Below, piece after piece: positions 28,901 through 37,532 of a stretch of DNA of 64,000 nucleotides. Under the pieces are notes generated by a model. It was not told the DNA's origin and ran no database searches. It was given only the letters and a program-made list of their open reading frames with translations. Each line of letters starts with the position of its first letter. Within the stretch, counting starts at the first letter, position 1. The stretch is from a bacterium (GTDB lineage Bacteria; UBA8248), in contig OZ253442.1 of NCBI GenBank assembly GCA_965261085.1, positions 1,280,001-1,344,000 of the forward strand, given 5' to 3'. The translations under genes were made by a program, and so were the position numbers.

Positions 28901-29561
28901 CAGTTCAACCACATTGAAGTTTTTCCAAGTTTTTTCTTCTCAAATCCTGAGAGGAGCGAGAGAATTTGATGGTTCTGGTCATGAGACGCAAACCGCTGCC
29001 TCGAAAATATTACTGCCGCTCGTTTACGTTTTATTGGGAAACGAAGAAGCAAAGGATTGTGGGATTACAAAGCGAGAAGTCATTAGAACACTGCGTGAAG
29101 GCTCCAACGAACTTAGGGTCGGCGCTGTCCAATGTTTGTCGTATTGGGTAAGAAAACTCAGAGACCGGCCAGCCGAAAAAAACTGGAGAGACATAATAGG
29201 CCTACTTCACGACGCGGTTTGGCCGCGTGAACGTCGCTTCCGCGACTGTTCAATTAGCCAACACTTCGGATCACTCGCTGTTGGTGCAGGTGATGCCTTC
29301 CCGGAAGCACTGGAGCAGTTGCTGCCTTATCTTGTCCCGCTTACTCGTTATGGAAGTATCCATGATATTGAGCAGTCTAAGGCTCCAGACAAACATCCGC
29401 ACGAGACGTTGAAATTACTTTGGATTCTTTGTGGCCCCAAAAGCAATCGAGAGTTCCATGAAATGCCAAAGGTACTCAACCGCCTAATCGAAGCCGATCC
29501 TTCGATTGAAACTGATCGCAGATTCCAATGGCTGGAGCAAAACACGACACGCTTTGAGTAA
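25956..29561 (+). CDS. SIR2-domain anti-phage NADase, DSR1-like (SIR2_2 + long helical C-terminus)
   Basis: VVFLCGAGVS..LPGF, IVTTNFDTLFE, IHIHG, DYGDAYL..GWA, LVGYSAGD. About 1200 aa, lower GC than flanks. Start trimmed to ATG 25956. Confidence 0.85.
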   Translation: MSLRFSDDGPEFPDELVDDLLKGEVVFLCGAGVSAPQLPGFKQLVCQCFKPLNVSMNDTEKIAFKAERYEEVLGSLSRRIVDPSELTKVVSKEVQAPSRVNLSNHRTILRLSRDLENRPTIVTTNFDTLFERAVNEAGFTDKVANLSFAGQEIPAPGSVGFGGIIHIHGRIADEQIQLGQTPLVFTSADYGDAYLRSGWASRFFFDLVRCKTLVLVGYSAGDAPVRYLLNVLENDRERFPDLRLVYAFDGIDTDAAEAVARWASLAVPPLFYQKKKDSKKRHEALWNDLSLLADLIECPKATRRSMVQEILEKSFEETDDKERDNVSWLFNERSDLWGVAIRAIHDPDWFDFLADKNLWSNDDAAWVLAAWIARDFTDAQRFQTAIKWHNQKLSEEIARRLLYRESKQEVSDIWLRTWRLLTRNVPLQNADDGIPFYEIKQILAGPVVLRADIEKAVDLLSPRVKLSTRTLYGTPIPENPNRLADLAYVEITGPNHNDSSDLIEALLKIPCHEELVGIATTALRSAIGYMVDAELIGDAYDENDFSVPSIEKHPQNNHRDGVRFLVRLLVGLLPLVAKTDPEVVRRYVEEWKNIPGRIGKRLSLHAFRDEALFTANEALNYVLSLSEVDFWIIRRELALVLRDRAGTADEALVREVEERIISEGDRFFQRYSVEEGQPDWRPYARDRDVWLLLNMMAEAIVISEIGQTELEEIKARRAHLKRKVECRDFFSSYTSGVRTVTGDAKPILEADEDDKLRVAHELMQSPDIEKQEGWNTYCRSDPKGALNVLKEAPLELANTRLWQDLISALYIANEEERTKREHIVIDVFQILESAKNDFILNLLMELTQLYRSTPRKKITNSNDWWTRLFELTSKSEIRLLDAKQNFYGRSINSPSGHLTEALLLDVEECHKAARTIPEVYLNNLITAATSDGSSGTLARAPLVHNAAFLLSVIPEFDATPLVDALSGDDTESAGLRAVLVTNSSTTLKFFQVFSSQILRGAREFDGSGHETQTAASKILLPLVYVLLGNEEAKDCGITKREVIRTLREGSNELRVGAVQCLSYWVRKLRDRPAEKNWRDIIGLLHDAVWPRERRFRDCSISQHFGSLAVGAGDAFPEALEQLLPYLVPLTRYGSIHDIEQSKAPDKHPHETLKLLWILCGPKSNREFHEMPKVLNRLIEADPSIETDRRFQWLEQNTTRFE

Positions 29562-29745
29562 GAGGCATGAGAGTATATTAACATTTTCGGAAACTGGCCC
29601 CTCCACGCCGCTCCGGGAGTATTCACCCATGCTCATTGTGAACGAGAGGCTCCGAATGGGAATTATATACGAAATTACCCAAAAACACTTTACAAATGAG
29701 TCGGGTTAGGGTAAACTGTTGCCATAAGTAAATGGAGGTTACAAG

Positions 29746-30726
29746 ATGGCGCAGAGAGCACCCGGCAAGGCATACCGGAAGGGGATTTCACTCGTAGAGT
29801 TAATTCGCATGTTTCCCGACGATGCGGCCGCGGAGGCATGGTTCATCAAGACGCGCTGGCCCGTGGGCGTATGTTGCCCCGAATGCGGGAGCCTGAACGT
29901 TCAGGAGCGCAAAACACGTAAGCCCCAGCCTTTCCGTTGCCGTGATTGCCGCAAGGATTTCTCGGTAAAGACCGGAACGCTCATGGAGGGGTCGAAGCTG
30001 GGCCTTCAAAAATGGGCCATCGCCTTCTACCTTTCCTCCACGAACCTCAAGGGCGTCTCCTCCATGAAACTACACCGCGATCTGGGCGTTACACAGAAAA
30101 CCGCATGGTTCATGATGCACCGTATCAGGGAGACGTGGCGCGATAATGGCGGGCTATTCGATGGCCCTGTCGAGGTAGACGAAACCTACGTGGGCGGGAA
30201 GCGAAAGAACATGCCGAAGGCCAAGCGGGAGAAATTAGAGGGTCGGGGAATCGCCGGGAAGGCCGTGGTAGCCGGCGTAAAGGATCGGGAAACGAACCTC
30301 ATTAAGGCCAGCGTGGTGGAATCGACCGATAAGGAAACATTGCAGGGCTTCGTTCATGAACGGGTAAAGAGCGGGGCCAAGGTATATACCGATGACCATA
30401 CCTCCTATCAGAACATGCGCGGATTCGACCATGAGGCCGTAAAGCATAGCGTCGGCGAATACGTGCGGAAGCAAGCCCATACGAACGGCGTGGAGAGTTT
30501 CTGGGCGATGCTCAAGCGGGCGCACAACGGCGTTTTTCACAAGATGAGCCGTAAGCATCTGGGCAGGTATGTAAACGAGTTCGCGGGCCGCCACAATATG
30601 CGCCCCATGGATACCATCGACCAGATGGAATCCATGGTTTCAGGAATGAACGGCAAGCGACTCCGCTATAAGGAATTGGTAGCACCAACACCTAAGCGTT
30701 CTCCGCAGGGCTTGTATCTGTTTTAG
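29746..30726 (+). CDS. IS1595-family transposase
   Basis: Zn ribbon CPEC..CRDC, FSVKTGT, HTH (SSMKLHRDLGVTQKTAW), VEVDETY, VYTDD, HTNGVESFW, YVNEF. Confidence 0.95.
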   Translation: MAQRAPGKAYRKGISLVELIRMFPDDAAAEAWFIKTRWPVGVCCPECGSLNVQERKTRKPQPFRCRDCRKDFSVKTGTLMEGSKLGLQKWAIAFYLSSTNLKGVSSMKLHRDLGVTQKTAWFMMHRIRETWRDNGGLFDGPVEVDETYVGGKRKNMPKAKREKLEGRGIAGKAVVAGVKDRETNLIKASVVESTDKETLQGFVHERVKSGAKVYTDDHTSYQNMRGFDHEAVKHSVGEYVRKQAHTNGVESFWAMLKRAHNGVFHKMSRKHLGRYVNEFAGRHNMRPMDTIDQMESMVSGMNGKRLRYKELVAPTPKRSPQGLYLF

Positions 30727-30735
30727 GACAACACC

Positions 30736-30996
30736 TTATCCCGACAGAGAATGCCGCCGATTTTTTCTGTTTAGCGGGTCGGCCAAAATTGTTTTACGCA
30801 TGGCTTCTTTGTCAAAAGAAGGGGCCGTTTTTCGATCTGGCATTCTGGCGGCAATTTTCTTTAACAGTTCGTCCGTGCTTCGCATGATTCCGAGAACAGC
30901 GGTTTTGAATTGCTTAATTTGTCGGTCTTTTTCTTCTGGCGGAGCCATCATGAATTCAATCATGACATTGAGGCCAGTTCGTTGATTCGCGTGCAT
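30736..30996 (-). CDS. Hypothetical 86-aa IS passenger protein
   Basis: ORF with GGAAGGG RBS 7 nt upstream, next to the palindromic promoter region. Confidence 0.55.
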   Translation of the reverse strand: MHANQRTGLNVMIEFMMAPPEEKDRQIKQFKTAVLGIMRSTDELLKKIAARMPDRKTAPSFDKEAMRKTILADPLNRKNRRHSLSG

Positions 30997-31031
30997 GTCT
31001 AAACCCTTCCGATAGGCACACCTATCCTAAG

Positions 31032-31164
31032 AGGTTGACATGAGCACTTTGTGGGGATATATTCAGGTTGCTTATGACTGAACATATCCCGTAAGCGGTC
31101 ATGTCAACCTGGCGAACGGGCGGAACGGAATTGAGGGCGTCGCGAGCGCCCTCTTTTCATTTTT
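31032..31164 (+). ncRNA. Candidate small RNA: sigma70 promoter inside a 79-bp palindrome, then about 95 nt ending in an intrinsic terminator
   Basis: TTGACA(31035)-N17-TATATT(31058); arms 31032-31066 and 31078-31110; terminator gagggcg-tcgcgag-cgccctc-tttt at 31133-31164; no ORF of 60 aa or more in the track. Confidence 0.5.
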
Positions 31165-31426
31165 AGGATCAATGATCTGGCCCCGCTCGTCAAGCTCCGG
31201 CGAAAATCTCCTGTTGTATTTTCTGCTCTATTTCCATTACAATCCCCTCACGCCAAACGATTCAAACATAGACCCAGCACCACCGGGTCGCCCGCCGAAT
31301 AAAAGATCGCGCCACTCGGCGCGAGAATAGGCGGGGAATCCACCTTATGTTTGATTCGTTTGGCGACCGACCCGGCCCCAGAGGGGCTGGGCGGGCGGCC
31401 TGTTTTTACACACGGAGGGATGAACC

Positions 31427-32182
31427 ATGCGTTACGTTCTGGCGGTTGTGTTGTTGGTTTGTTCTGTATCATTCGCCTTTGGCGCAGACTACACGGTCAT
31501 CGAAAAGATCAACCGACCCTACAGTGGCCGCCATCGCTTGCTCATGAAGATACGGGCGACCGATGCGAATACGGGTGAGGCAATACTTGAGACCATGATG
31601 GACGCGGCCATGGATGCGCAGAAGGCAGAGGGAGCGCACGCCGTCAACGTGAAACTGTATCGAGACGTAAAGGGATCGGCGGATGGCATTATCACGTATT
31701 CCGTGGACGGATGCGGCTGGGCAAACCGGGAATGCAACGCCGGGAACAACTGGAGCCAAGTAATGGTCTGGGATCCTTATCGGCCCGGACATTTGGTGTT
31801 TAACAAGATTCCCGACCGCCTCAAGGATTATGGCCGCCCCACCGGCAAACAGATGAAAGCGGCCAAGGCGGGAACATGCAAAGCAGACTTGAATTGTTGG
31901 GATAAGAAACACCGGGTAGATGCCATCACCAGTTGCCAGATTATGATTGAGGTCATATCGGATCGGGCAAGATATAAATACAAGTGGACGACCGGATGGC
32001 TTGAGCATAAGTTTTCTCGCGTCTCCTGGCCCTCGGGCGAGAAGGGAGGGGAATCCCTTGCTTATTGGGGCAATAAACTGGAAATGCAAAACAAATATGG
32101 AGCATGGGTTCCGTTCACGTATTGGTGCAGATATAACCCGACGACAAAGAGAAGCAAAGTTACACATCTGGCTCCCAGATAA
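31427..32182 (+). CDS. Secreted hypothetical protein (IS passenger), Cys/Trp-containing
   Basis: Signal peptide MRYVLAVVLLVCSVSFAFGA, GGAGG RBS, 251 aa. Confidence 0.75.
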   Translation: MRYVLAVVLLVCSVSFAFGADYTVIEKINRPYSGRHRLLMKIRATDANTGEAILETMMDAAMDAQKAEGAHAVNVKLYRDVKGSADGIITYSVDGCGWANRECNAGNNWSQVMVWDPYRPGHLVFNKIPDRLKDYGRPTGKQMKAAKAGTCKADLNCWDKKHRVDAITSCQIMIEVISDRARYKYKWTTGWLEHKFSRVSWPSGEKGGESLAYWGNKLEMQNKYGAWVPFTYWCRYNPTTKRSKVTHLAPR

Positions 32183-32251
32183 TAAGTTTACTTTTCATTA
32201 CAAGTTCTGCTACCATCCCCATGGTAAAGTTGCCCGTGGGAGGGAGGTTAC

Positions 32252-32431
32252 ATGGACGAGGAAACCAGAGAAGAGTTCAGAAAAATACATGAGCGATTCG
32301 ATGGGGTCGACGAAAAACTCGACGACATAGATAACAAGATGGATCATGGATTTAGAATTTTGCTCCCGGATGAACAATGGCCTCCAGACGCACATGATCT
32401 CCAAAAAGCCGAAATCCGAAGAAAACTGTAA
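32252..32431 (+). CDS. 59-aa coiled-coil-like passenger ORF
   Basis: Below the ORF-track cutoff. GGAGGttacATG; MDEETREEFRKIHERFDGVDEKLDDIDNKMDHGFRILLPDEQWPPDAHDLQKAEIRRKL. Confidence 0.6.
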   Translation: MDEETREEFRKIHERFDGVDEKLDDIDNKMDHGFRILLPDEQWPPDAHDLQKAEIRRKL

Positions 32432-32634
32432 GGATTAGCCGATATGTTGCGCAGGCAATTTTTCCAATACGTTCTGTCGATATGCCTTCCTCGAATTATA
32501 CGTTTTTTTCGAACCCGCAAAAGGCCGCGCCCAAGTATGCAGAAAATCCATCTGGAAATTCGAGGCATACAACTGTCCGGTAGCGGAGGGATCCTGAACT
32601 GTCAATTAGTTGTCGCAAACAAAGGAGTGGTTAC

Positions 32635-32781
32635 ATGACCGAAGAGAAGAAGCCCCGGGGCCGCCCCGTAGAAAAAACCATGCCACCCCCCATCCCCGAC
32701 ACCCCGGAAAACATCGCCCGCGCATGTATGCAAGGCCCGCCGAAAAAAGAATGGGCTTTTTTGAAAAAATCCGCTAAATAA
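32635..32781 (+). CDS. 48-aa basic/proline-rich ORF abutting the IS right TIR
   Basis: AAGGAGtggttacATG; MTEEKKPRGRPVEKTMPPPIPDTPENIARACMQGPPKKEWAFLKKSAK, with an AT-hook-like PRGRP. Confidence 0.6.
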   Translation: MTEEKKPRGRPVEKTMPPPIPDTPENIARACMQGPPKKEWAFLKKSAK

Positions 32782-33242
32782 GGTCGTTTGGGTAATTTCG
32801 TATATAATTCCCCTCCGAATCCCTTTGCGGGAAATCCACTTTCAGTTCGCGCGAAGCTCCGGCCCCGGCGGGCAGAACGTGAACAAGGTGTCGAGCAAGG
32901 CGGTGCTGCGCTGGAACATGGCCGCCTCGCCGAGCGCGCCCGATGACGTGAAGGAGAGGCTCCGCGCGCTCCACCCGCGCCGCGTGACGCGCGAGGGCGA
33001 GGTCGTCATCACGAGCAGCCGCTTTCGCGATCAGGGCCGAAACGTCGCCGATTGCCTGGAAAAACTGCGCGCCGCCCTCGCCGAAGTCTCTACGCCTCCC
33101 AAACCCAGACGCCCCACGCGCCCCACCCGCTCATCGGCCGAAAAACGCCTCCAGGAGAAACGCGAACGCGCCGATAAGAAGAGGAAGAGGGGGAAGGTGG
33201 AGGGGTGACGCTTTTTGAAAGAAGGGTATGGAAATTTAAGTG

Positions 33243-34469
33243 TTACTCATTTTGGATTGATTCCCCTGCAAAGAGACGAACTATGAATCTTTCGCCTTCT
33301 TCTACAAGATAGGGATCGGTTCCGTTATGTTCTTTCATTCCACGAACGATTATACGGGGTACGCCCATCCCCATATGTTCCAGATACCCGTAGTCGCGCA
33401 TTATGTCTTTAAGGAGTTGATTTCTGGCAGCTCGGGTTCCGATTCGCATACGATCCGGTGTGATTCCATTTGGGAGTTTGCCAGGGGAGATTACCTCCAA
33501 TCGATCCTCATAAATTGCCAGTTCAATATCGGTGTCTGCCAGAAGGTAGTCCCTATGAATTAGGGCATTTACTACTGCCTCTCGAATGACCTTGGCTGGA
33601 TATGTTCTCTTTTCCACGCGACGCGTACCGTCTTCAAGGACGGCAGTCACAGGAGTGTTGCGTCTGACAAAATCTAGTGCCTGCTCGACTAACCCGGCTT
33701 CCAGAGTAGCACCGGTCTGATCTAAGAGTGGTGTCATCGGCCCGCGCAATGCCGCCCGTTCTTTAGTCGCATATTCTTTTTCCGTTCCCGGAAACACCGC
33801 CGCGTCGATGCCCGCTTGTGGCAGAAACCGGTTCGGTATTTTTCCGAAGAGCAGTATCCCTGAAAGGGTTACACCCTCTTCGACCATAATCTCCGTATTT
33901 ATCAGCAAGGACTCCCATCCCGCGCCTTCGTCATCTCCCGGAATATCCTGTTGGCGTATCCGGTTGAAGTAATCTTTCAGCCGACGGCGATCTAGATCAT
34001 CGACCGTTGCACCGGAAATCGGTCGCAGATCGGCGCGAAACGTGCCGCGTTGCTGAAATAGACGGCTTAATTCCTGTGGTGTCGGCTCCCGACTTTGCGA
34101 ACCTACCCGGATGTAATAAGTGTTCCTGTTGTTGTGCCACTGACTGTGCACGTCACCGCCGCGCGGCACTCGCACGATCGCCACGTCCTTACCCGGCTCC
34201 ACATCCTTGATCGTTTGAAAAAACGGAATGATGGCTGGTCTGATCTTGTCACGACATGCGTTCATAACCCACTCTTCCAGACGATCTCTCGTTAGCCCGG
34301 CAACGTTTCCATCATCATCCACGCCAAGCAGCACCATTCCGCCTTCTAAGTTCGAGAACGCGACAAGTTCTTTTGCCAAGTCATGGTTTTGCAAAACATC
34401 TAGTTTGAATTCGACGCCGGAATTTTCGCCGTTTGCGATTATTTCCAATAGTTCCGTCCGCGTTGTCAT
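33243..34469 (-). CDS. Schlafen/AlbA_2 domain + HATPase_c_4 ('RecG-like') protein
   Basis: GENSGVEFK..LAKELVAFSNLEGG.VLLGVDDDG; REAVVNALIHRDY..YEDRLEVISPG..GYLEHMGMG. Confidence 0.88.
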   Translation of the reverse strand: MTTRTELLEIIANGENSGVEFKLDVLQNHDLAKELVAFSNLEGGMVLLGVDDDGNVAGLTRDRLEEWVMNACRDKIRPAIIPFFQTIKDVEPGKDVAIVRVPRGGDVHSQWHNNRNTYYIRVGSQSREPTPQELSRLFQQRGTFRADLRPISGATVDDLDRRRLKDYFNRIRQQDIPGDDEGAGWESLLINTEIMVEEGVTLSGILLFGKIPNRFLPQAGIDAAVFPGTEKEYATKERAALRGPMTPLLDQTGATLEAGLVEQALDFVRRNTPVTAVLEDGTRRVEKRTYPAKVIREAVVNALIHRDYLLADTDIELAIYEDRLEVISPGKLPNGITPDRMRIGTRAARNQLLKDIMRDYGYLEHMGMGVPRIIVRGMKEHNGTDPYLVEEGERFIVRLFAGESIQNE

Positions 34470-34472
34470 AGC

Positions 34473-37169
34473 TTAGAAACCATACTTGGAGCGACGCATC
34501 TCGAAGGCGTCTTTTCCACCTTCGAGTATTTCCTCGACCAACTCTCGTACTGGTTTAGAATCAATGGAACCCATATGTTCTGGAGCAATCCTGGCCTGTC
34601 CTACTTCCGCTTCGCCAGAAGCGGTAAGACCCAAGATGAGTTCCGCATCACCCAGTACGGGAATGTTCGCGTTATGTGTAGAGAAAACGAATTGTCGCCG
34701 TCGTTTTTCCTCCCTAATAATTGGCACGATGCCTTCGGTGATGAAGCGGTTGTCCAAGTCATCTTCGGGCTGATCTACTACAAGTGGGGCCTCGGCCTCA
34801 GATTCGAGCAGAAGGAGCAGAAGGATAGCTGTTGCTTTCTGCCCAGTAGAAAGCGCTTCTAGCGTTCGCCAATTAGCTTGCTCATTTTCCGCTGCCGTGT
34901 TGAGTTCGATTTTTGTTGTGGCTGGAAGTTCTAGCTCTTCGATTCTCATGAATAGGTCAAGACCACCTTGTGTAATCCGATCCGCCGCTCCTGAGGGGAA
35001 GCCATAATTCTCGATCAAGGATTCTTTACCTTCTCGGCATAGCTGCGTGAACTCCGGAAGGGATAGTTGATTCATCCTGCGAAGTCGTTCAAGAGCTGCA
35101 GCGAGATTGCCGCCAACTTCCTCCCGCAAAAGTTGTTCAAGTGGCTCGCGGTTTCCCGACATCGTGACTTCTACGCGCACTCGATTACATAGCTTTTTCG
35201 AAACTTTCCTAGCAGCCGCTTCAGTTTCACGGTATTCAGTAGCTTTAATGTCTTCCCACTCTGAGAGAAGCATGCGTCGATTCGACTCGTGAGTGGACAG
35301 ATCGCGCTTAAGTTTCTCTGTCCTATCATTTAGAGGGCGTAACTCCTCAATATCTTGACGTAGACGGATGAATTCTGAACCATCGATGTTTGATTTTTGA
35401 AGTTCTCGCAATAGCTTTTCGTAAGTTTCCTCAATAGTTCTACGCTGCTCGTTCCAACGCGATTTAGTATCCGCGATTGCTGAGTCGGTTTCGGACAACG
35501 CTTGCCCGAGTTGATCTGCAACTTCTTTGAGGCGTGTACTAAGTGTTTCGAGAATTTCCTCTATATTGTTTAAAATTCTCGCGTTTGGTAATCCTTCAAG
35601 CGCCTTTTGCGAGACGAAAGCCGTATCAATCGGAAGTTCATCGGCTAGTTCCCTATGAAGCACTCTCATCGGGGCTAACCGTTCTTCAACATTTGAGAAT
35701 AACCGATCTTCCCGAATTAGAAGACTTTTCTCCTTTAACTTCTCTTCCAATCCTGCTTCTTGGAATCGCTTTTGCATCTCTTCGAGACCGGGTAACGCCG
35801 CCAGCCGCTCCTCAAACCTTTTCATCTCTCGTTTTACGTCCACGATTCGGCTACGGGACTTCTCAAGCTCTAGTTGGACACTTGCCTTGCGCTCCAACAG
35901 AGACGAATCGCGATCTACGAATCGCTCCAGCAACAAAGTGAGTTTATCGGGACTTTTAGTAAGTTCGGAAATCTCATGCTGGCCGAATACTTCCACACCG
36001 GGCATCACGTCACGGGGCGAGAGCATCAGAATTTCACCACTCTCGTCTTTTACAGTGGGCGGATTCGGTACTGAACGTTCGACGGTATAGTGCCGTTCAG
36101 ACGGCTTGTGTGAACGTACTAATAGCGAAACTTTCGTCCCGGATTTCAGTACATGCTGTATTACTCCTTCATGAGTCTTGCGTGCATCTTCTCCTATTGG
36201 GTCAAGACCCAGCACATAGCGGATGCTTTCAACTATTGTTGATTTTCCCGTACCACGTCCGCCGATTAAGGTATTAAGATTACCATTGAAATGGACAGAG
36301 GTATCACGCAAAAATCCCTCTGTCTCCCATGTCATCGCCAGAAATTCGGCATGAAACTCCGGTTGCGAATCACTGTGCAGCCGCATACGGGACCCTGGGT
36401 CAAGGAACGCTTGGCGAAGTGCTTCGACGGAGACTTCTGACATCTTGATGAAGCAAGACGAACGTTCTTCTTGTAGGTCTTTGGGGTCATTCACATCCGA
36501 GGCATTTAAGATAGCTGGGGGATACGTTCGCTTGTGCTCGGCATTCTTGTTTTGAAGGATTGGCTTGATGTCCTCTGGGGCATCGCCAACTGGTCCGGGG
36601 AGCGCACAGGCAAGTAAATCTGGTGATGTCCAAACATTAACTCGTGTTTGTCCTGAGAGTTTTCTGAGCAGGCCACCGTCTGATGCTACATGTGCTGCGA
36701 TGCAAGCGGCTCCCCAACTCCTTGAATGTTCCAAAAGCTCAGTACAGTCCAACGTGCCTATTGGTGAGAGTTGGCTCGAATCATGAATGCCGCAATCCCC
36801 GATGAGCCTTTCTAGCTGATCATCTTTGTCGGGGTCGAAGAGGCAAAGAAAGTGAACACCGTCTTTCGTTACGGCTTCAAATCCGCTAAAAGCCCACAAA
36901 CTGGCTTCGCGAGCGGTGGCGATTAGGTTCCGAGAATCCGCTATGCGGTAATGGTCCGTGACGCCAATCACCTCGGTTTCTGTTTTAAGACAGGCCTCAA
37001 TGATTGCTTCGTTGTATTCGTCTTCGGACTGAAAAGGTGTCGATATATTATGCCTGATGAGATAAGCGAATGGGTTGACCTGCAAAGCGCAACGATAAAA
37101 CCGCGCACCATTCGGGAGAGCTAGTGCGGCTCGCATGGTTTCGGACTGGAATTGCTTGACTCCCTCCAT
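34473..37169 (-). CDS. PHP-domain + SMC/ABC ATPase (Ppl/TrlF-like)
   Basis: PHP motifs GVTDHY, GFE..VHFLCLF, AAHV, ASD; Walker A GGRGTGKS; coiled coil; LSTGQK, VVDQPEDDLDN, STHNAN, ILEGG..AF..R..KY. Confidence 0.88.
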   Translation of the reverse strand: MEGVKQFQSETMRAALALPNGARFYRCALQVNPFAYLIRHNISTPFQSEDEYNEAIIEACLKTETEVIGVTDHYRIADSRNLIATAREASLWAFSGFEAVTKDGVHFLCLFDPDKDDQLERLIGDCGIHDSSQLSPIGTLDCTELLEHSRSWGAACIAAHVASDGGLLRKLSGQTRVNVWTSPDLLACALPGPVGDAPEDIKPILQNKNAEHKRTYPPAILNASDVNDPKDLQEERSSCFIKMSEVSVEALRQAFLDPGSRMRLHSDSQPEFHAEFLAMTWETEGFLRDTSVHFNGNLNTLIGGRGTGKSTIVESIRYVLGLDPIGEDARKTHEGVIQHVLKSGTKVSLLVRSHKPSERHYTVERSVPNPPTVKDESGEILMLSPRDVMPGVEVFGQHEISELTKSPDKLTLLLERFVDRDSSLLERKASVQLELEKSRSRIVDVKREMKRFEERLAALPGLEEMQKRFQEAGLEEKLKEKSLLIREDRLFSNVEERLAPMRVLHRELADELPIDTAFVSQKALEGLPNARILNNIEEILETLSTRLKEVADQLGQALSETDSAIADTKSRWNEQRRTIEETYEKLLRELQKSNIDGSEFIRLRQDIEELRPLNDRTEKLKRDLSTHESNRRMLLSEWEDIKATEYRETEAAARKVSKKLCNRVRVEVTMSGNREPLEQLLREEVGGNLAAALERLRRMNQLSLPEFTQLCREGKESLIENYGFPSGAADRITQGGLDLFMRIEELELPATTKIELNTAAENEQANWRTLEALSTGQKATAILLLLLLESEAEAPLVVDQPEDDLDNRFITEGIVPIIREEKRRRQFVFSTHNANIPVLGDAELILGLTASGEAEVGQARIAPEHMGSIDSKPVRELVEEILEGGKDAFEMRRSKYGF

Positions 37170-37532
37170 AAACACTTCACCTTTAGGTTTTATCTTGTTT
37201 CAATGGTTTAATGATATGCTTCTCGACGATATCCCTTCCCTCTCGTGTTTGATGATTCGTTTAACACACATCCGCGTTTTTTTCACTATAATGCACTATC
37301 CTAGGAACTCAACAGGCTCTTGGGTTTATTGTTGACTCTGGCAGAATTGATTTCCCTTCAGTGCAATCTCCACTCTTCCCTTATTATCTCCCCTTTCCTA
37401 ACGCTTAATAACGGGATTTGTTATTGAACTTTATGCGCTAAATGTTAACAGCGGGATTCGTTATTTTACTTTCGATGCTAAAAGCAAATAACGGTATTCG
37501 TTATTGTACTTTGGTGAAGAAGGACATACCCC

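Larger units (their letters stand above)
29658..32812 (+). mobile_element. IS1595-family element with passenger genes (3155 bp)
   Basis: Perfect 26-bp TIRs gggaattatatacgaaattacccaaa / tttgggtaatttcgtatataattccc; 8-bp TSD ctccgaat at 29650-29657 and 32813-32820. Confidence 0.95.
29629..33208 (+). pseudogene. arfB: Second arfB copy, interrupted by IS1595 (pieces 29629-29657 and 32813-33208)
   Basis: atgctcattgtgaacgagaggctccgaat, then IS, then ctccgaatccctttgcgggaa... Near-identical to 25375-25794 except about 6 substitutions and the last codons. Confidence 0.93.

Noticed and set aside
32825-33208. Independent 127-aa arfB gene from TTG
   Set aside because: It is the 3' part of the IS-interrupted copy. 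Residual expression from an IS promoter cannot be excluded but is unsupported.
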